This document shows positions 1 to 10,554 of a stretch of 64,000 nucleotides of DNA, piece after piece (position 1 is the first letter of the stretch; each line of letters opens with the position of its first letter). A program made the position numbers and the translations under genes. A model generated the notes under the pieces. The model had not been told where the DNA came from, searched no databases, and saw nothing but the letters and a program-made list of their open reading frames with translations. This DNA comes from Ostreococcus lucimarinus (lineage: Eukaryota), in assembly GCA_000092065.1 (NCBI GenBank), contig CP000594.1; one strand, 5' to 3'.

Positions 1-832
1 AATGCGAGAATGCTGAAACCGATGACGAAGATGCGCTTACCAACGTTACCGACGGCGTGAGTCACCGGAGCAACCTTGCCGAGCGCTTGGTAGGCGACTT
101 GGTTGTACATGTGGTAGTAGAAACCAACAGAGGCGAGCGCCATGAGGAATTCCGTTTTACCCTTGACGGCGATGGCTTTGCTGATGCCCGCCGAGAGCGT
201 CGGGCCTTCAAAGTAGACGGCGAACGGCAAGCAGAAGAGCAAGGCGACGATGGTGACCCAGTTGTACAGGTTAAGCGGAGACATCTTGCTCATGAGCTTC
301 TTGCTGAAGATGGCGCGCGCAGAGAACGCGATGTTGGAGCTCATGGCCGTCAAGAAGCCCAACCACGTGAAGGAAAGCTCGGTGGCGCTCGCGATGGCGA
401 CGCCGGCGATGACGGGAAGCAAGGACAAGTACACCGGAAGCGGGTACACGGTACCTGCGACCAAGTACGAGCCAATGGACGTGAACACCGGTTCGAGCGT
501 CTTAACGGTGTGCGTGAACGACACCGCCACCGCCGCGAACGAGACATTTGTCAAGCAGTGCCCGAACGCGTGCAAAAACGCCGGCAACGACAGCGCCTTC
601 AAAAACTCCTTGTCGGGTTGTTCGTACTCGACCAACTTGGTACCCCAAGAAGAACGCCATGATGAACAACCCGACGATCAAGTGCACGCAAGACACGAAC
701 CACGGGTACGGGAAGTAGTTGTAGATCGTCTTGTTGATGATGTTAAACTGCACGTTTAAAAAGTACCACGCCGCGAAGTAAAACACGGTTTCGAGCTGCG
801 GGTACTTTTCCTTGATCTCCGCCAGCGGTCCA
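1..832 (-). CDS. Plastidic phosphate translocator (TPT/PPT family, DMT superfamily). The 3' end is cut by the window edge and there is an internal +1 frameshift.
   Basis: Minus-strand translation gives [46 protein letters not shown], then (after a frame switch) [35 protein letters not shown], and at the window edge [23 protein letters not shown]; all three are TPT-family signatures. A CGACTGACGG branch box and AG acceptor lie near 832 to 840. A possible ATG micro-exon (MGKNVGILSRPPRAR, donor GTGCGTCG) sits near 1249 to 1294. Confidence 0.8.
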
Positions 833-1665
833 CTGTTCGCTCGAACGACGCGCGATTCGATCCGTCAGTCTTAGTCTTCGTCTCGCGTCCACCTCCCGTC
901 GCCACCTTCCATCGCGTCGAAACACCCGATCGTTCCGGCGCGCGCGCGCGACCGCCCCCTGGAAAAACCTAACGCAGGCCCCGCGGTCGAGGGCGATCCT
1001 GGACACCCGATTCTCGACCCCCCCCCCGCGTCCCACGCGCGCGCGGGCGCGCGTCCGCGCGCGCCGCGCGCGCCGTTTCGCGCGCGACGCCTCCGTCGCC
1101 CCCCCCGTTCGCGCTCGAATCCACCGTCCCGTCCCGCCCTCGCCGCGCGCGCGCGTCAACTCAAACCATCCGACGCGACGAAAGCGGTTGCCGTCGCGCC
1201 ATCGCCTCCGCGCGCCTCGCGCCTCGCGCGCGCGCTCGTTCGACGCACCTCGCGCTCGCGGCGGTCGTGATAATATCCCCACGTTTTTTCCCATCGCGCG
1301 TCGCGCGCGTCGCGCGTCGCGCGAGCGTCGCCGACGTCGCGAGCGCGACGCGCGAAACCTCGCGCGCGCGCGTCGCGCGCGGCGTCGCGAGCGCGCGCGG
1401 CGTCGCGCGCGGCGCGCGGCGCGTCGCCGGGCGCGCCGCGATCGCGGGGCGCGTCGTCGCGACGGTCGCCACGGTCGCCACGGTCATCATCGCGCGCGTG
1501 TCGTCGAGCGGTCGCGCGCGGCGTCGTCTGCCGCGCAATGCGACGCGCGAGGGTCGTTGCGCGTCGAAAAAAAAGCGCGCGCGAACTGTTTGCCCATAGC
1601 GGCGCTTTTTTTTCGTTCCGTGTTTACGCGCAGTCTCGTTTTTCGTACCGGTCGCGACCGGATGG

Positions 1666-1844
1666 ATGGATGGATGGCGACGCGCGACGGTTGGCGACGC
1701 GCGACGGATGGCGACGCGCGTTTGCTCGACGACGACGACGACGACCGCGCGGACGCCGTCGACGACGTCGTTCGTCGTCGCGCGGCGTCTGAGGGCGCGA
1801 CGACACCGGGGACGGGTTCGCGCGACGGCGGCGACGAAGGATGA

Positions 1845-1878
<34 letters not shown>

Positions 1879-3012
1879 ACGGCGACGGCGCGCAAGCGTC
1901 GGTACGTCAACGTGACGGGATTCCCGTTCCCGCTCACGCCGGTGCTGCGAAGGAAGACGACGATGGAGACGATCGTTCCGGGACGGGTGTGGGCGCTGGA
2001 GCAAGAGCAAGGGATCGGATTCGGGCTGGGGGTGACGACGAACGTGCGGATGACGGTGGTGAGAATGCGCGACGGCGCGCTGTGGGTGCACGACCCGATC
2101 GCGCCGACGGAGGAGTGCGTGGAGTTGTTGGCGAAGATCGGGGGAGAGGTGAAGTATTGCTGCTTGTCGACGACGCAGTACGAACATAAAATATTCGCGC
2201 CGGCGTTCACGCGCGCGTTTCCAAAGTGCGAGCTGTGGATCGCGCCGGGGCAGTTTTCGTTTCCTCTGCCGCTGCCGAACGCGTTTTTGGGATTGTTTCC
2301 GAAAGGTACGCTCGGTGACTCGCGTAATCCGCCGCCGTGGAGCGATGAGATCGAAAGCGAGCTTTTGTATCTACCGCCGTTGTTTTGGCACAATTACACG
2401 TACTGCGAGTGCGCGTTTTATCATAAAGATACGTCGTCGCTTTTAGTCACCGACGCGGCGGTGTACGTGGGAGAGAACGCGCCAGGAATCATCCCAGAGG
2501 ATGACTTGGAGAGTCTGGGGAGCGACGACTGCTTCACCATTCGTTTGCTGAAACTGGGGAATTATCGCGGCGGACGAAACATCGCGTCGCCTCAAATTCC
2601 GGCGAGTCAGCGCGAAGCGCGCGTGTCGAACGGATGGATGCGCATGGCGCTGTTTTCGTTGTTCATCGCCCCGGACGCGAAGAATATCTTAAACCCCGAA
2701 CGGAGCTTTCGCGGCATGGCGGGGAAATTCGTCGTGTCCCCGATCGTATTCAACGTCGTGTTTCAATTTTACCGCGAGGAAGTCGCGGCGTGGGCCGAAA
2801 AAGTCAGTCGCTGGAACGCAGAGCGCGTGATCGCCTCGCACTTCCCCGTTCCGGAGTCCGCCAGCAGTGCTGACTTTTTGCGAGCCTTTGATTTCGCAAA
2901 GTCACCGGACGCGATTCCTGCGGAATACGTCGATGCGGAAAACGACCTCGCGTCCTTGAATCTCGTCGTTCGCATCTTGGCCGCCATCAACGCGGTGCCG
3001 CGCATAGAATGA
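1666..3012 (+). CDS. DUF4336-domain protein conserved in plants and cyanobacteria; the N-terminus is low-complexity (poly-T, poly-D).
   Basis: The segment VNVTGFPFPLTPVLRRKTTMETIVPGRVWALEQEQGIGFGLGVTTNVRMTV...HDPIAPTEECVELL...KYCCLSTTQYEHKIF...WIAPGQFSFPLPLP matches the DUF4336 family. Start choice (ATG 1666 versus ATG 1708) is uncertain. Confidence 0.8.
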
Positions 3013-3020
3013 AGAATATT

Positions 3021-3025
3021 TGTAA
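3021..3025 (+). promoter_or_regulatory. Putative TGTAA poly(A) signal (chlorophyte type) for the DUF4336 gene.
   Basis: tttgtaaatt lies 9 nt after the stop codon. Confidence 0.4.
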
Positions 3026-3054
3026 ATTACACAATAGAGCATAGGTAGCATCAT

Positions 3055-5040
3055 TTACTCCCAGGACTCGTCGTCATCGTCTTCAGCCGCGGTGGTCGTG
3101 AGTGCGCCGTGATTTTTGTTCCATTCTTCATGGAATTCAACGTCTGCTCTCGTCACAGAAGGGCGCACTTGCTTAGCGGCGCGGCGAATGTCGGCCAATA
3201 CGATGGGTCTGAGAGTACTTGGCGAGAGCGGACCTTGAACGTCCTTTGTCTTTTGAAACGTCTCACGAACGGGCGCTCTCGCGGCTTCTTGGATGAGATG
3301 TTTCATGTCAGATCCCGAGTAGCCGTCAGTTTTCTCGCAAATTAAATCCAAGTCGGCATCGGTGAGGTTGTGCGCGACGCCTTTGCCAGAGCTGAGCGTA
3401 CGAAGAACCATGTCCCGCCTCGCGGCGGCGCACGGAAGAGGGATGTACAGCTGCTTAGGCATGCGCCGTCGAGCGCCATCATCGAGCTCTTGCGGCCTAT
3501 TCGTCGCTCCGATGAGCAACAATCTGTCGTTCTCACCGCCGCCTAAACCGTCCATTTGTACTAAAAATTCCGTCTTCATGCGACGCGAGCTCTCGTGCTC
3601 GCCGTCCGATTTACGAGCGGAGAGCAATGAATCGATCTCGTCCACGAAAATCACGGCGGGAGATAGGTGACGAGCGACGGCGAAGAGCGCACGAACCATT
3701 TTTTCGCCTTCACCAATCCACTTACTCGTCAAACTCGAGGCAGAGATCGAGAAGAACGTCGCGCCGCACTGACTCGCAACGGCGCGACCGATCAAAGTCT
3801 TACCAGTACCGGGCGGACCAAAGAGGAGCAAGCCTTTTGGCACAGCACGTGCGCCTACGAACAATTCTGGATTCATCATCGGCCACACCGCGAGCTCTTG
3901 TACCGCCGCTTTCGGGTGCTCCAAGCCCGCGATGCTGTCCCAATCCACGCTCTCGTGCTTGTCCAAAATCTCGCTCACCACTCGTTCGATGATTTCTCTA
4001 TCAATCTTAAGGATATCCTCCGCGATCGCTTCGCCGTTAGGGGATAGCTTTTGCATCACGGCTTCACTGAAAGGCTGCGCGTCGTCTTCGTTGCTCTCAT
4101 TCTGATTCGGCTTCACTCGCTGCCCATTCCCGTTCCCGCCGCCGTACGGAGGCACAAAGCCGCCCCGCCCGTACGTTCGAGTCGTTCCATTCGCTTCCCT
4201 CGCCGTGCGATACTGTGCTGTCGCCGGAGGTAAGCCTTTCGCCGCGTGCTCTAAATCCAATCTCTCTCCAGCGCTCATGAATCGTGTCGGTGGCTTATTC
4301 GCCGCGTCGCCCTCTCCTTTTCCCGACCACCTCGACGCCGGCTCGCCACCCTTTCTATTTCTCTTATTTTTCGGACTCTTTCTCGGACTCGTCTTTCTGT
4401 CCTTAAGTCCCGGTCGTTCGAACTGTTTCTGTCGCTTCGGCGCGCCGCCGCCGATCCCGATCCCCCCATCGCGCGCCGCCGGCGCCGGCGCCGCTCGCCG
4501 CGGTTCCAAGTATCGATTTAAATCCGCGTCGCCCAAAATTTCCATCTCGTCGTCGTCCTCCAACGTCACGATCGGCGGTGGCGGCACCCCCCAAGCGCTC
4601 GTCGTCTTTTTCGCCAGCATCGCATCGACCGCCTCGTAATTCGGCCGCTTGACGACTGTCTCATCCTTCCCTCCCGTCGTCGTCGTCGCCGTTCCCCTCG
4701 TCACCCGTTCCTCTCGCGCCGAATCCGACCCCTCATCGCTCGATTTTATCTCCGCCCCGTCCTTCGTTTCGACCTCACCCTGCCGCGCGTGCATCTCCCG
4801 TCGCACGTCTTCCATCTGCGCCGTGATTTTCGCCAGAACGGGCGCGATCATCTTCGCATCCGCGCTCGACGCCCGCATCGATGGTTGCAACAGCTCGCGC
4901 TGGGAGATTAACAATTCGAGCGCCTTGGTGTGGTTTCCGTCGCGTCGCGCGTCCGCGATGTCCTTGCGCATGGCGCCTAAACGCGCTAAGATCGCGGCGC
5001 CGTCGCCCATGGCGCGTCGGCGCGACGCGACGCGGCTCAA
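3055..5040 (-). CDS. Meiotic-clade AAA ATPase (spastin/fidgetin/katanin-like).
   Basis: Walker A GPPGTGKT, Walker B VIFVDEIDSL, and a C-terminal FHEEWNKNHG-type motif. Continuous 661-aa ORF. Confidence 0.85.
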   Translation of the reverse strand: MSRVASRRRAMGDGAAILARLGAMRKDIADARRDGNHTKALELLISQRELLQPSMRASSADAKMIAPVLAKITAQMEDVRREMHARQGEVETKDGAEIKSSDEGSDSAREERVTRGTATTTTGGKDETVVKRPNYEAVDAMLAKKTTSAWGVPPPPIVTLEDDDEMEILGDADLNRYLEPRRAAPAPAARDGGIGIGGGAPKRQKQFERPGLKDRKTSPRKSPKNKRNRKGGEPASRWSGKGEGDAANKPPTRFMSAGERLDLEHAAKGLPPATAQYRTAREANGTTRTYGRGGFVPPYGGGNGNGQRVKPNQNESNEDDAQPFSEAVMQKLSPNGEAIAEDILKIDREIIERVVSEILDKHESVDWDSIAGLEHPKAAVQELAVWPMMNPELFVGARAVPKGLLLFGPPGTGKTLIGRAVASQCGATFFSISASSLTSKWIGEGEKMVRALFAVARHLSPAVIFVDEIDSLLSARKSDGEHESSRRMKTEFLVQMDGLGGGENDRLLLIGATNRPQELDDGARRRMPKQLYIPLPCAAARRDMVLRTLSSGKGVAHNLTDADLDLICEKTDGYSGSDMKHLIQEAARAPVRETFQKTKDVQGPLSPSTLRPIVLADIRRAAKQVRPSVTRADVEFHEEWNKNHGALTTTAAEDDDDESWE

Positions 5041-5161
5041 AGTGACGATCAGCGCGGGCGCGGTGCTCGGTTTGGTTGTTTGAAATCGACGCGCGGCGGA
5101 GAGAATCGCGATGGATATTACGAAGTGAAGACGCTCGACGAGCGCGATCGCGCGAGCGCGA

Positions 5162-6700
5162 TCACTCGGCGTACGTGCGAGCGTCGTCGGCGGCGTCGTC
5201 TCGGACGTCGAGGGAGAGCTTGGACGTCGCCGATTCGAAGACGTCGCACGGGCGACACAGCGTGCCGATGGCTCCGTCGACTATGAGGGTGCGATCGAGA
5301 TCGATAAAGTGGAGGTAAACCGCGGTGAGGTGCTTCACGGCGTGGTCTATGTCGTCAGCGCCGCAGACTTCGCGGATGGAGTGCATGGAAAGCTGCGCGG
5401 CGCCGACGTCCACGGTGCGAATGCCGGTTCGGGTGGAGAAAATCGGCCCAATGGTGGAACCGCAACCGGTGTCGCTTCGCACGACGAACTCTTGCACGGG
5501 AACGCCCGCGCGCTCGCCAATCTCGCGGAACATGAATGCCGTCACGGCATCGGTGGCGTAACGCTGGTTGGCGTTGTGCTTGATGACTAAGCCGCCGTGC
5601 ATTTTCGGCGCGTGCGCCGGTTCGTGTCGATCGGCGTAGTTTGGGTGCAAGGCGTGCGCCATGTCGGAGCTGACGCAAAACGACGCGCGGCGCGTGCGCT
5701 CGTCCAAGCCTTCCACGCTTCCTTGGCTCAGCGCAGCTGCGATGCGTTTGATCGCGTCCGTGGTCATCGCGCCCGCGGCGCCGCTCGAAGACTCGCTTCC
5801 GACTTCTTCGTGGTCAAAGTGCATAATCATGCGCACGCCTCGCGCGTCCGCCAACGCCTCATCCGTCGAGGCGTTCATCAGCGCGTGCAACGATGTGTAA
5901 CAACTCGCCAGGTTATCCAAACGGCCGCTGTAAATGAACTCATTCTGCGCCCCACCGATCGCGCTCGGTTGCGTGTCGCACAGCTGTAGATCGAAATCGA
6001 CGATGTCGCCCGGCGCGCACCCGAGTTCCTTGGCGAGCAACGTCAGCAGCAGCGGGTGATGCCGTTCGCTCGACCCCTTACCGTCGCTCGCCGTCGTTTT
6101 CTCCCCACCCTCGTCGTCGTCTTTCGCTTCGGCCTTCGCGCGCGTCGCCAAAATCGGCGCCATGTGCTGCTGAAAGTTCACCTTCATCCCCTCGCTGTTG
6201 ACGTTTCGATCCAAGTGAATCGCCAGCGTCGGAATCCGACACACCGCCCGATCTATCCGCACCAATCGATGCAAAATCTCCCCCGTGTGCGACGATTTCA
6301 CCACCACCCGTCCCGCGATCCCTAAATCGCGATCGAACCACGTGTGCCACAGCCCGCCGCCGTACGGCTGCACGCGCACGCGCACCTCGTCGCCCCCCTC
6401 CACGCGCGTGTTCGGCTTCAGCTTCGGACACGGCGAGTCCGTGTGCGCGCCGACGATCACGAACCCATCTCCCGGTTCGTATCCACCCCCCACCGCGAAC
6501 GCCACCACCGCCGACGCGTTCCGCGTGTAAAAGTACCTCCCCCCGCGCGCCAACGACCACGTCGCGCGCTCGTCGAGCTCGACGAATCCTCGCCGCGCGA
6601 GCGCCTCGCACGTCGCGCGCGTCGCGTGGTACGCCGTCCACGCGTCGTTGAGATAATCCACGAGCCCGCGCGCGTGCGTTCGCGCCGTCTCGGTCGGCAT
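5162..6700 (-). CDS. Aspartyl aminopeptidase (M18 family, DNPEP-like).
   Basis: MPTETARTHARGLVDYLNDAWTAYHA...GGGLWHTWFDRDL...HFDHEEVGS...DMAHALHPNY are typical of M18 family aspartyl aminopeptidases. The track ORF extends to 8287 as an antisense artefact over eIF3b; the true ATG is near 6700. Confidence 0.9.
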   Translation of the reverse strand: MPTETARTHARGLVDYLNDAWTAYHATRATCEALARRGFVELDERATWSLARGGRYFYTRNASAVVAFAVGGGYEPGDGFVIVGAHTDSPCPKLKPNTRVEGGDEVRVRVQPYGGGLWHTWFDRDLGIAGRVVVKSSHTGEILHRLVRIDRAVCRIPTLAIHLDRNVNSEGMKVNFQQHMAPILATRAKAEAKDDDEGGEKTTASDGKGSSERHHPLLLTLLAKELGCAPGDIVDFDLQLCDTQPSAIGGAQNEFIYSGRLDNLASCYTSLHALMNASTDEALADARGVRMIMHFDHEEVGSESSSGAAGAMTTDAIKRIAAALSQGSVEGLDERTRRASFCVSSDMAHALHPNYADRHEPAHAPKMHGGLVIKHNANQRYATDAVTAFMFREIGERAGVPVQEFVVRSDTGCGSTIGPIFSTRTGIRTVDVGAAQLSMHSIREVCGADDIDHAVKHLTAVYLHFIDLDRTLIVDGAIGTLCRPCDVFESATSKLSLDVRDDAADDARTYAE

Positions 6701-6755
6701 CGTCGACGCCGACGACGCGCGCGCGACGATGCCGACCGACGACCGACGACCGGCG

Positions 6756-6890
6756 CCGCGATCGACGATCGATCGATCGATCGATCGTCGTTCGCGGGGA
6801 AACTCGATCGACGTCGCGAGCTTCGACGCGCGCGCGCGATCGGCGCCGATCGATCGATCGATCGATCGATCGTCGATGGATGCGAAACCC
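6756..6890. repeat. (TCGA/GATC)n palindromic tetranucleotide microsatellite in two blocks within the DNPEP/eIF3b bidirectional promoter.
   Basis: gatcgacgatcgatcgatcgatcgatcgtcg at about 6756 to 6790 and gatcgatcgatcgatcgatcgatcgtcgatgg at about 6856 to 6890, lying between ATG 6700 (minus) and ATG 6923 (plus). Confidence 0.9.
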
Positions 6891-6922
6891 CAAGAGCATC
6901 GGGAGTGCGCGACGCGCGCGCC

Positions 6923-9277
6923 ATGGACGACGTGCCCGCGAGCTTTCCGCGCGGCGAGGTGCGGACGACGCGACGCGAACGCGACGACGCGACGCGACGG
7001 CGACGCGGCGACGCGCGACGGCGACGCGCGACGACGCGCGACGACGAGGAAACCGATCGAGAGCGGGTTCGGCGGCTCGCGCGCGACGGCGAGGGGGAGG
7101 GCGGCGCGCGCGGGCGACGCGATGCGAGCGACGCGAGCGGAGACTGACGAGACGGACGATTCGCGGCGCAGGATGGATTCGTGGATTGGGACAAGGTGGA
7201 CGTCGAGAGCGTGGAGCTGCCCGCGGATGAAATCAAACGCGCCGGGTTGGATCAACCGGTGAAGGTGGAGTTGGAGGAAGCGAAGGAAGATACCGGGTTC
7301 GCGAGCGTGATCGTCGTGGATAATTTGCCGCAGATTCCCGAGGCGAAGTTTGGCAAGCTGTTGAACGTGCTGACGAAGATTTTTACCCAAATTGGTGAAA
7401 TCCGAGAGGGAGGGATGTTGATGCCGCAAGACGAGGCGACGAAGACGTCTCTCGGATACGCGTTTGTGGAGTTTGCGAACGAGCAACAGGCGCAGAGCGC
7501 GGTGGAACAAACGGATGGGTATAAATTGGATAAGACGCACATCTTCAAGGTTTGCAAGTTTGATGACTTTGAAAAGTACCAAAAGGTGCCGGATGAGTAC
7601 GTCGCGCCGCCGCCGAAGCCGTTCGCGCCGCGCGAGAACACTCAAGCGTGGATGATGGATCAGCGTGGGCGCGATCAATTCGTGTGCCGATTCGGCGATG
7701 AGACGCAAATCTTTTGGAACGATCCCCAGACGAAGAAGGGCGAGGATGTGTACACGCGTACGCACTGGACGGAGTCGTATGTGCAGTGGTCGCCCAAGGG
7801 GAGTTTCTTGGCGACGGTGCACAGACAAGGCGTTGCACTGTGGGGTGGTGATTCGTTCGGACGTATCGCTAAGTACGGTCACAATGGCGTTCAATTCATT
7901 GAATTCTCTCCATGCGAGCGATTCCTCGCCACTGGGTCCACGCACGATCCGACCACGGCGGACGGAGTGACATCCGTCCTCGTCAACTTTTTCGACACGC
8001 GCTCGGGCGCCAAGTTGCGTACTTTCATGGGACCTATTAGTGATTTCATAGCCCAAGGCCAACAAGGTTTGAGGTGGCCGGTGTTCAAGTGGTCGGGGCA
8101 GAGTAGCGATGAGAGCGGATGCTTCTTTGCCAAGATGGGCACAGGCATGATTTCCGTGTACGCCGCCCCGGAAATGACGCTGGTGGATAAGAAGTCCATC
8201 AAAGTCGACGGCGTGGTTGATTTCTGCTGGTCCCCGACGGATCCTATCTTGGCCACGTTCCAACCCGAACAAGGTCTCGGTAACCAACCGGCGCGCCTTT
8301 CTTTGATTTCTCTGCCGAGTAAGAAAGAAGTTCGTTCGAAAAACTTGTTATGCACCGGTAGCATCGTCGGCGTCAACATGTACTGGCAAGCGAGCGGTGA
8401 TTACTTTGGGGCTAAGGTTTTACGGACGACCAAGTCAGGGAAGACGACGTATAGTGGTTTCGAGTTGTTCCGCTTGCGCGAACCAAACTGCCCAATGGAA
8501 GTTGTTGAACTCGCCAACAAGGCTGAGAAGATTGTCGCGTTTGCGTGGGAGCCGAAGGGCCATCGCTTTGCCGTCATTCACGGCGACGGTGCGCGTCCGG
8601 ATGTCTCTTTCTACAGCATGAAGGATAAGCAAGGTAACAACAACTGCACGTTGATTGGTACCGTCAAGAATAAGACGGCCAACCATTTGTTCTGGAGTCC
8701 GAATGGGCGCGTCGTCATCTTGGCGGGTCTGAAGACGATGAACGGTCAGTTTGAGTTCTTCGACGTAGAAACCATGGAAACCATGGCGAGCGTCGAGCAC
8801 TTTATGGCAACTGATGTCGAGTGGGATCCCACCGGTCGTTTTGTCACCACGGCGGTGACGAGCGTGCACCAAATGGAGAATGGATACCACATGTGGACGT
8901 TCAACGGCAAGCTGCTGTACAAGTACGGCAAGGATCGTTTCTTCCAGTTTTTGTGGCGTCCTCGCGCAAAGTCCTTGCTCACGGCAGAACAAGAGGCCGA
9001 TATCGAGAAGAACATCAAGAAGTACAGCAAGAGGTTCGAAGAGATCGACGAGAAGATCAGAAACGAGGCGGATTCCAACGTCGCGAGCGAGAAGAGAGCG
9101 ACGGCGGAGAAGTGGAAGAAGTGGGTCGAGTCCAAGAAGGCTGTTCGGGACACCCCGATCTACAAGCAAGCGCTCGACGAGTTGCTTGGCGATCAAGCCA
9201 AGGCAAAGTTGGACTTTGTCGAGACCACCGTCATCGAGGAAGAGATTTTATCCATCGTCGAAGAACCGCTTTCGTAG
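6923..9277 (+). CDS. EIF3B: Translation initiation factor eIF3 subunit b (RRM plus WD40 propeller). Proposed structure is a 5' micro-exon at 6923 to 6958 joined to a main exon at 7172 to 9277.
   Basis: The main ORF (DWDKVDVESVELP...DTGFASVIVVDNLPQIPEAKFGKL...) aligns with the plant eIF3b N-terminus and RRM. The track start at 7181 is GTG, with no in-frame ATG upstream before a stop. Upstream, ATG 6923 (MDDVPASFPRGE) is followed by a GTGCGG donor, and a GAGACTGACGAG branch box lies 24 nt before the AG at about 7170, both in phase 0. Confidence 0.85.
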
Positions 9278-9384
9278 AGACTACGAGTTGCTTTGTCAAT
9301 ATCGACACCGAATTTATCATCAAAACGCCGCGCACGCGTCGTTCTCAAGACAGGAATGAATTCATCACTACAACACCTTAGATT

Positions 9385-9993
9385 TCATCGCCGCGACGGC
9401 ACGGTGCACCAGCCATCGTCGTCTGGCTCGTTTTTCAAACGTCGCGCCGACGTGTCCAGCGCGTCGTCGCCGCTCGGGTGAACGTTAAAAGCCCCACCCA
9501 ACTGCTCGGCGAGCCCATCGGCGTCGACGGCGTCCATTTCATCATCTCCTTCATCATCACTCGAGCTCGCTCCGGTGTCCATGTCCCCACCACCGTTCAT
9601 CGACCATCGCTTGTCTTCTTCGATTTGTCTGCTTCGCTCGATCGACTCGCGCGGGAGCGGCTTCGATTCAATCTGCGCAACCATATCGTACCTTCCCTCC
9701 GCACACTGCTCGTACATCATCCACAGCGCCTTCGCCACCTCACCCGGCGACCCATCCTCGCACGTGACGTTAAAATCATCCCCTAATATCTCAATCAACA
9801 AATCCTCCAACTCGAGCGCGTCCTTGCTCTTGCGCGACGCGAACCACTCCGCGATCTCCTCTTCCGCCTCCCGCGCCTTCCGTTCGCTCTCCGTCCCCCC
9901 CCACGCGTTCACCACCGCCAGCTGCATCGCCGTCCACCGATCGAACACCGCTTTCACCCCCCTGCGAAACGTCGGCGCGTGCTCGCTCGCCAT
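9385..9993 (-). CDS. TSR2: Pre-rRNA processing protein TSR2 homologue.
   Basis: FRRGVKAVFDRWTAMQLAVVNAWGG is the TSR2/WGG-domain signature. The track ORF runs to 10104 with a GTG start; the first ATG, MASEHAPT, is near 9993. Confidence 0.75.
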   Translation of the reverse strand: MASEHAPTFRRGVKAVFDRWTAMQLAVVNAWGGTESERKAREAEEEIAEWFASRKSKDALELEDLLIEILGDDFNVTCEDGSPGEVAKALWMMYEQCAEGRYDMVAQIESKPLPRESIERSRQIEEDKRWSMNGGGDMDTGASSSDDEGDDEMDAVDADGLAEQLGGAFNVHPSGDDALDTSARRLKNEPDDDGWCTVPSRR

Positions 9994-10554
9994 CTTCGTC
10001 CCGCCCGGCCGTCCCATGAGCATCGCCCTCGCCTCCGCCGCGCTCCTCGGCGTCGCTCGCGCCTCCGCCGCGCCTCCCACCGCGCGTCCCGAGCGCAGTC
10101 GCATCTCATCCTGCCTCGCGCGCGATCGCTCGCGTCGTCAGTCACCGTCGGGTCGTCGTCGTCGTCGCCGCCGCCGCCGCCGTCGCCGGCGCGTCTTCAT
10201 TCGCGTCTTCGTTCGCGTCGCCTCGCGCGCGCGCACCGTCGCCGCGCTCGACGCGCCGCTTCGAAGCTCCATCGCGCGTCGGCGCGTCGCGCGCCGTCGT
10301 CCGCCGTCGGTCGGCGCGCGCGTCGCGCCGTCGCGCCGTCGTTTTCGACGACGATTCCATCGATCGCGCGCGACGCCGGCGAACCTCGAACCGTCGATCG
10401 ACGCCGCGCGAACGAACCTCGCGTCCGAGGTTCGAGCGCGCGCGTTTTGGATAAAATCATCCGACGCCGCGCGAAGAACGACGCGCGCTCGAGAGACGGC
10501 GACGCGCGACGCGCGAGCGAGGCGACCGAGCGGGAAACGACGCGAGCGGGAGCG

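Noticed and set aside
5162-8287. 1041-aa minus-strand ORF spanning DNPEP and running antisense through eIF3b.
   Set aside because: Only the 3' 512 codons (5162 to 6700) match aspartyl aminopeptidase. The remainder is an open antisense frame over the eIF3b coding sequence and the (TCGA)n promoter, typical of GC-rich stop-poor DNA.
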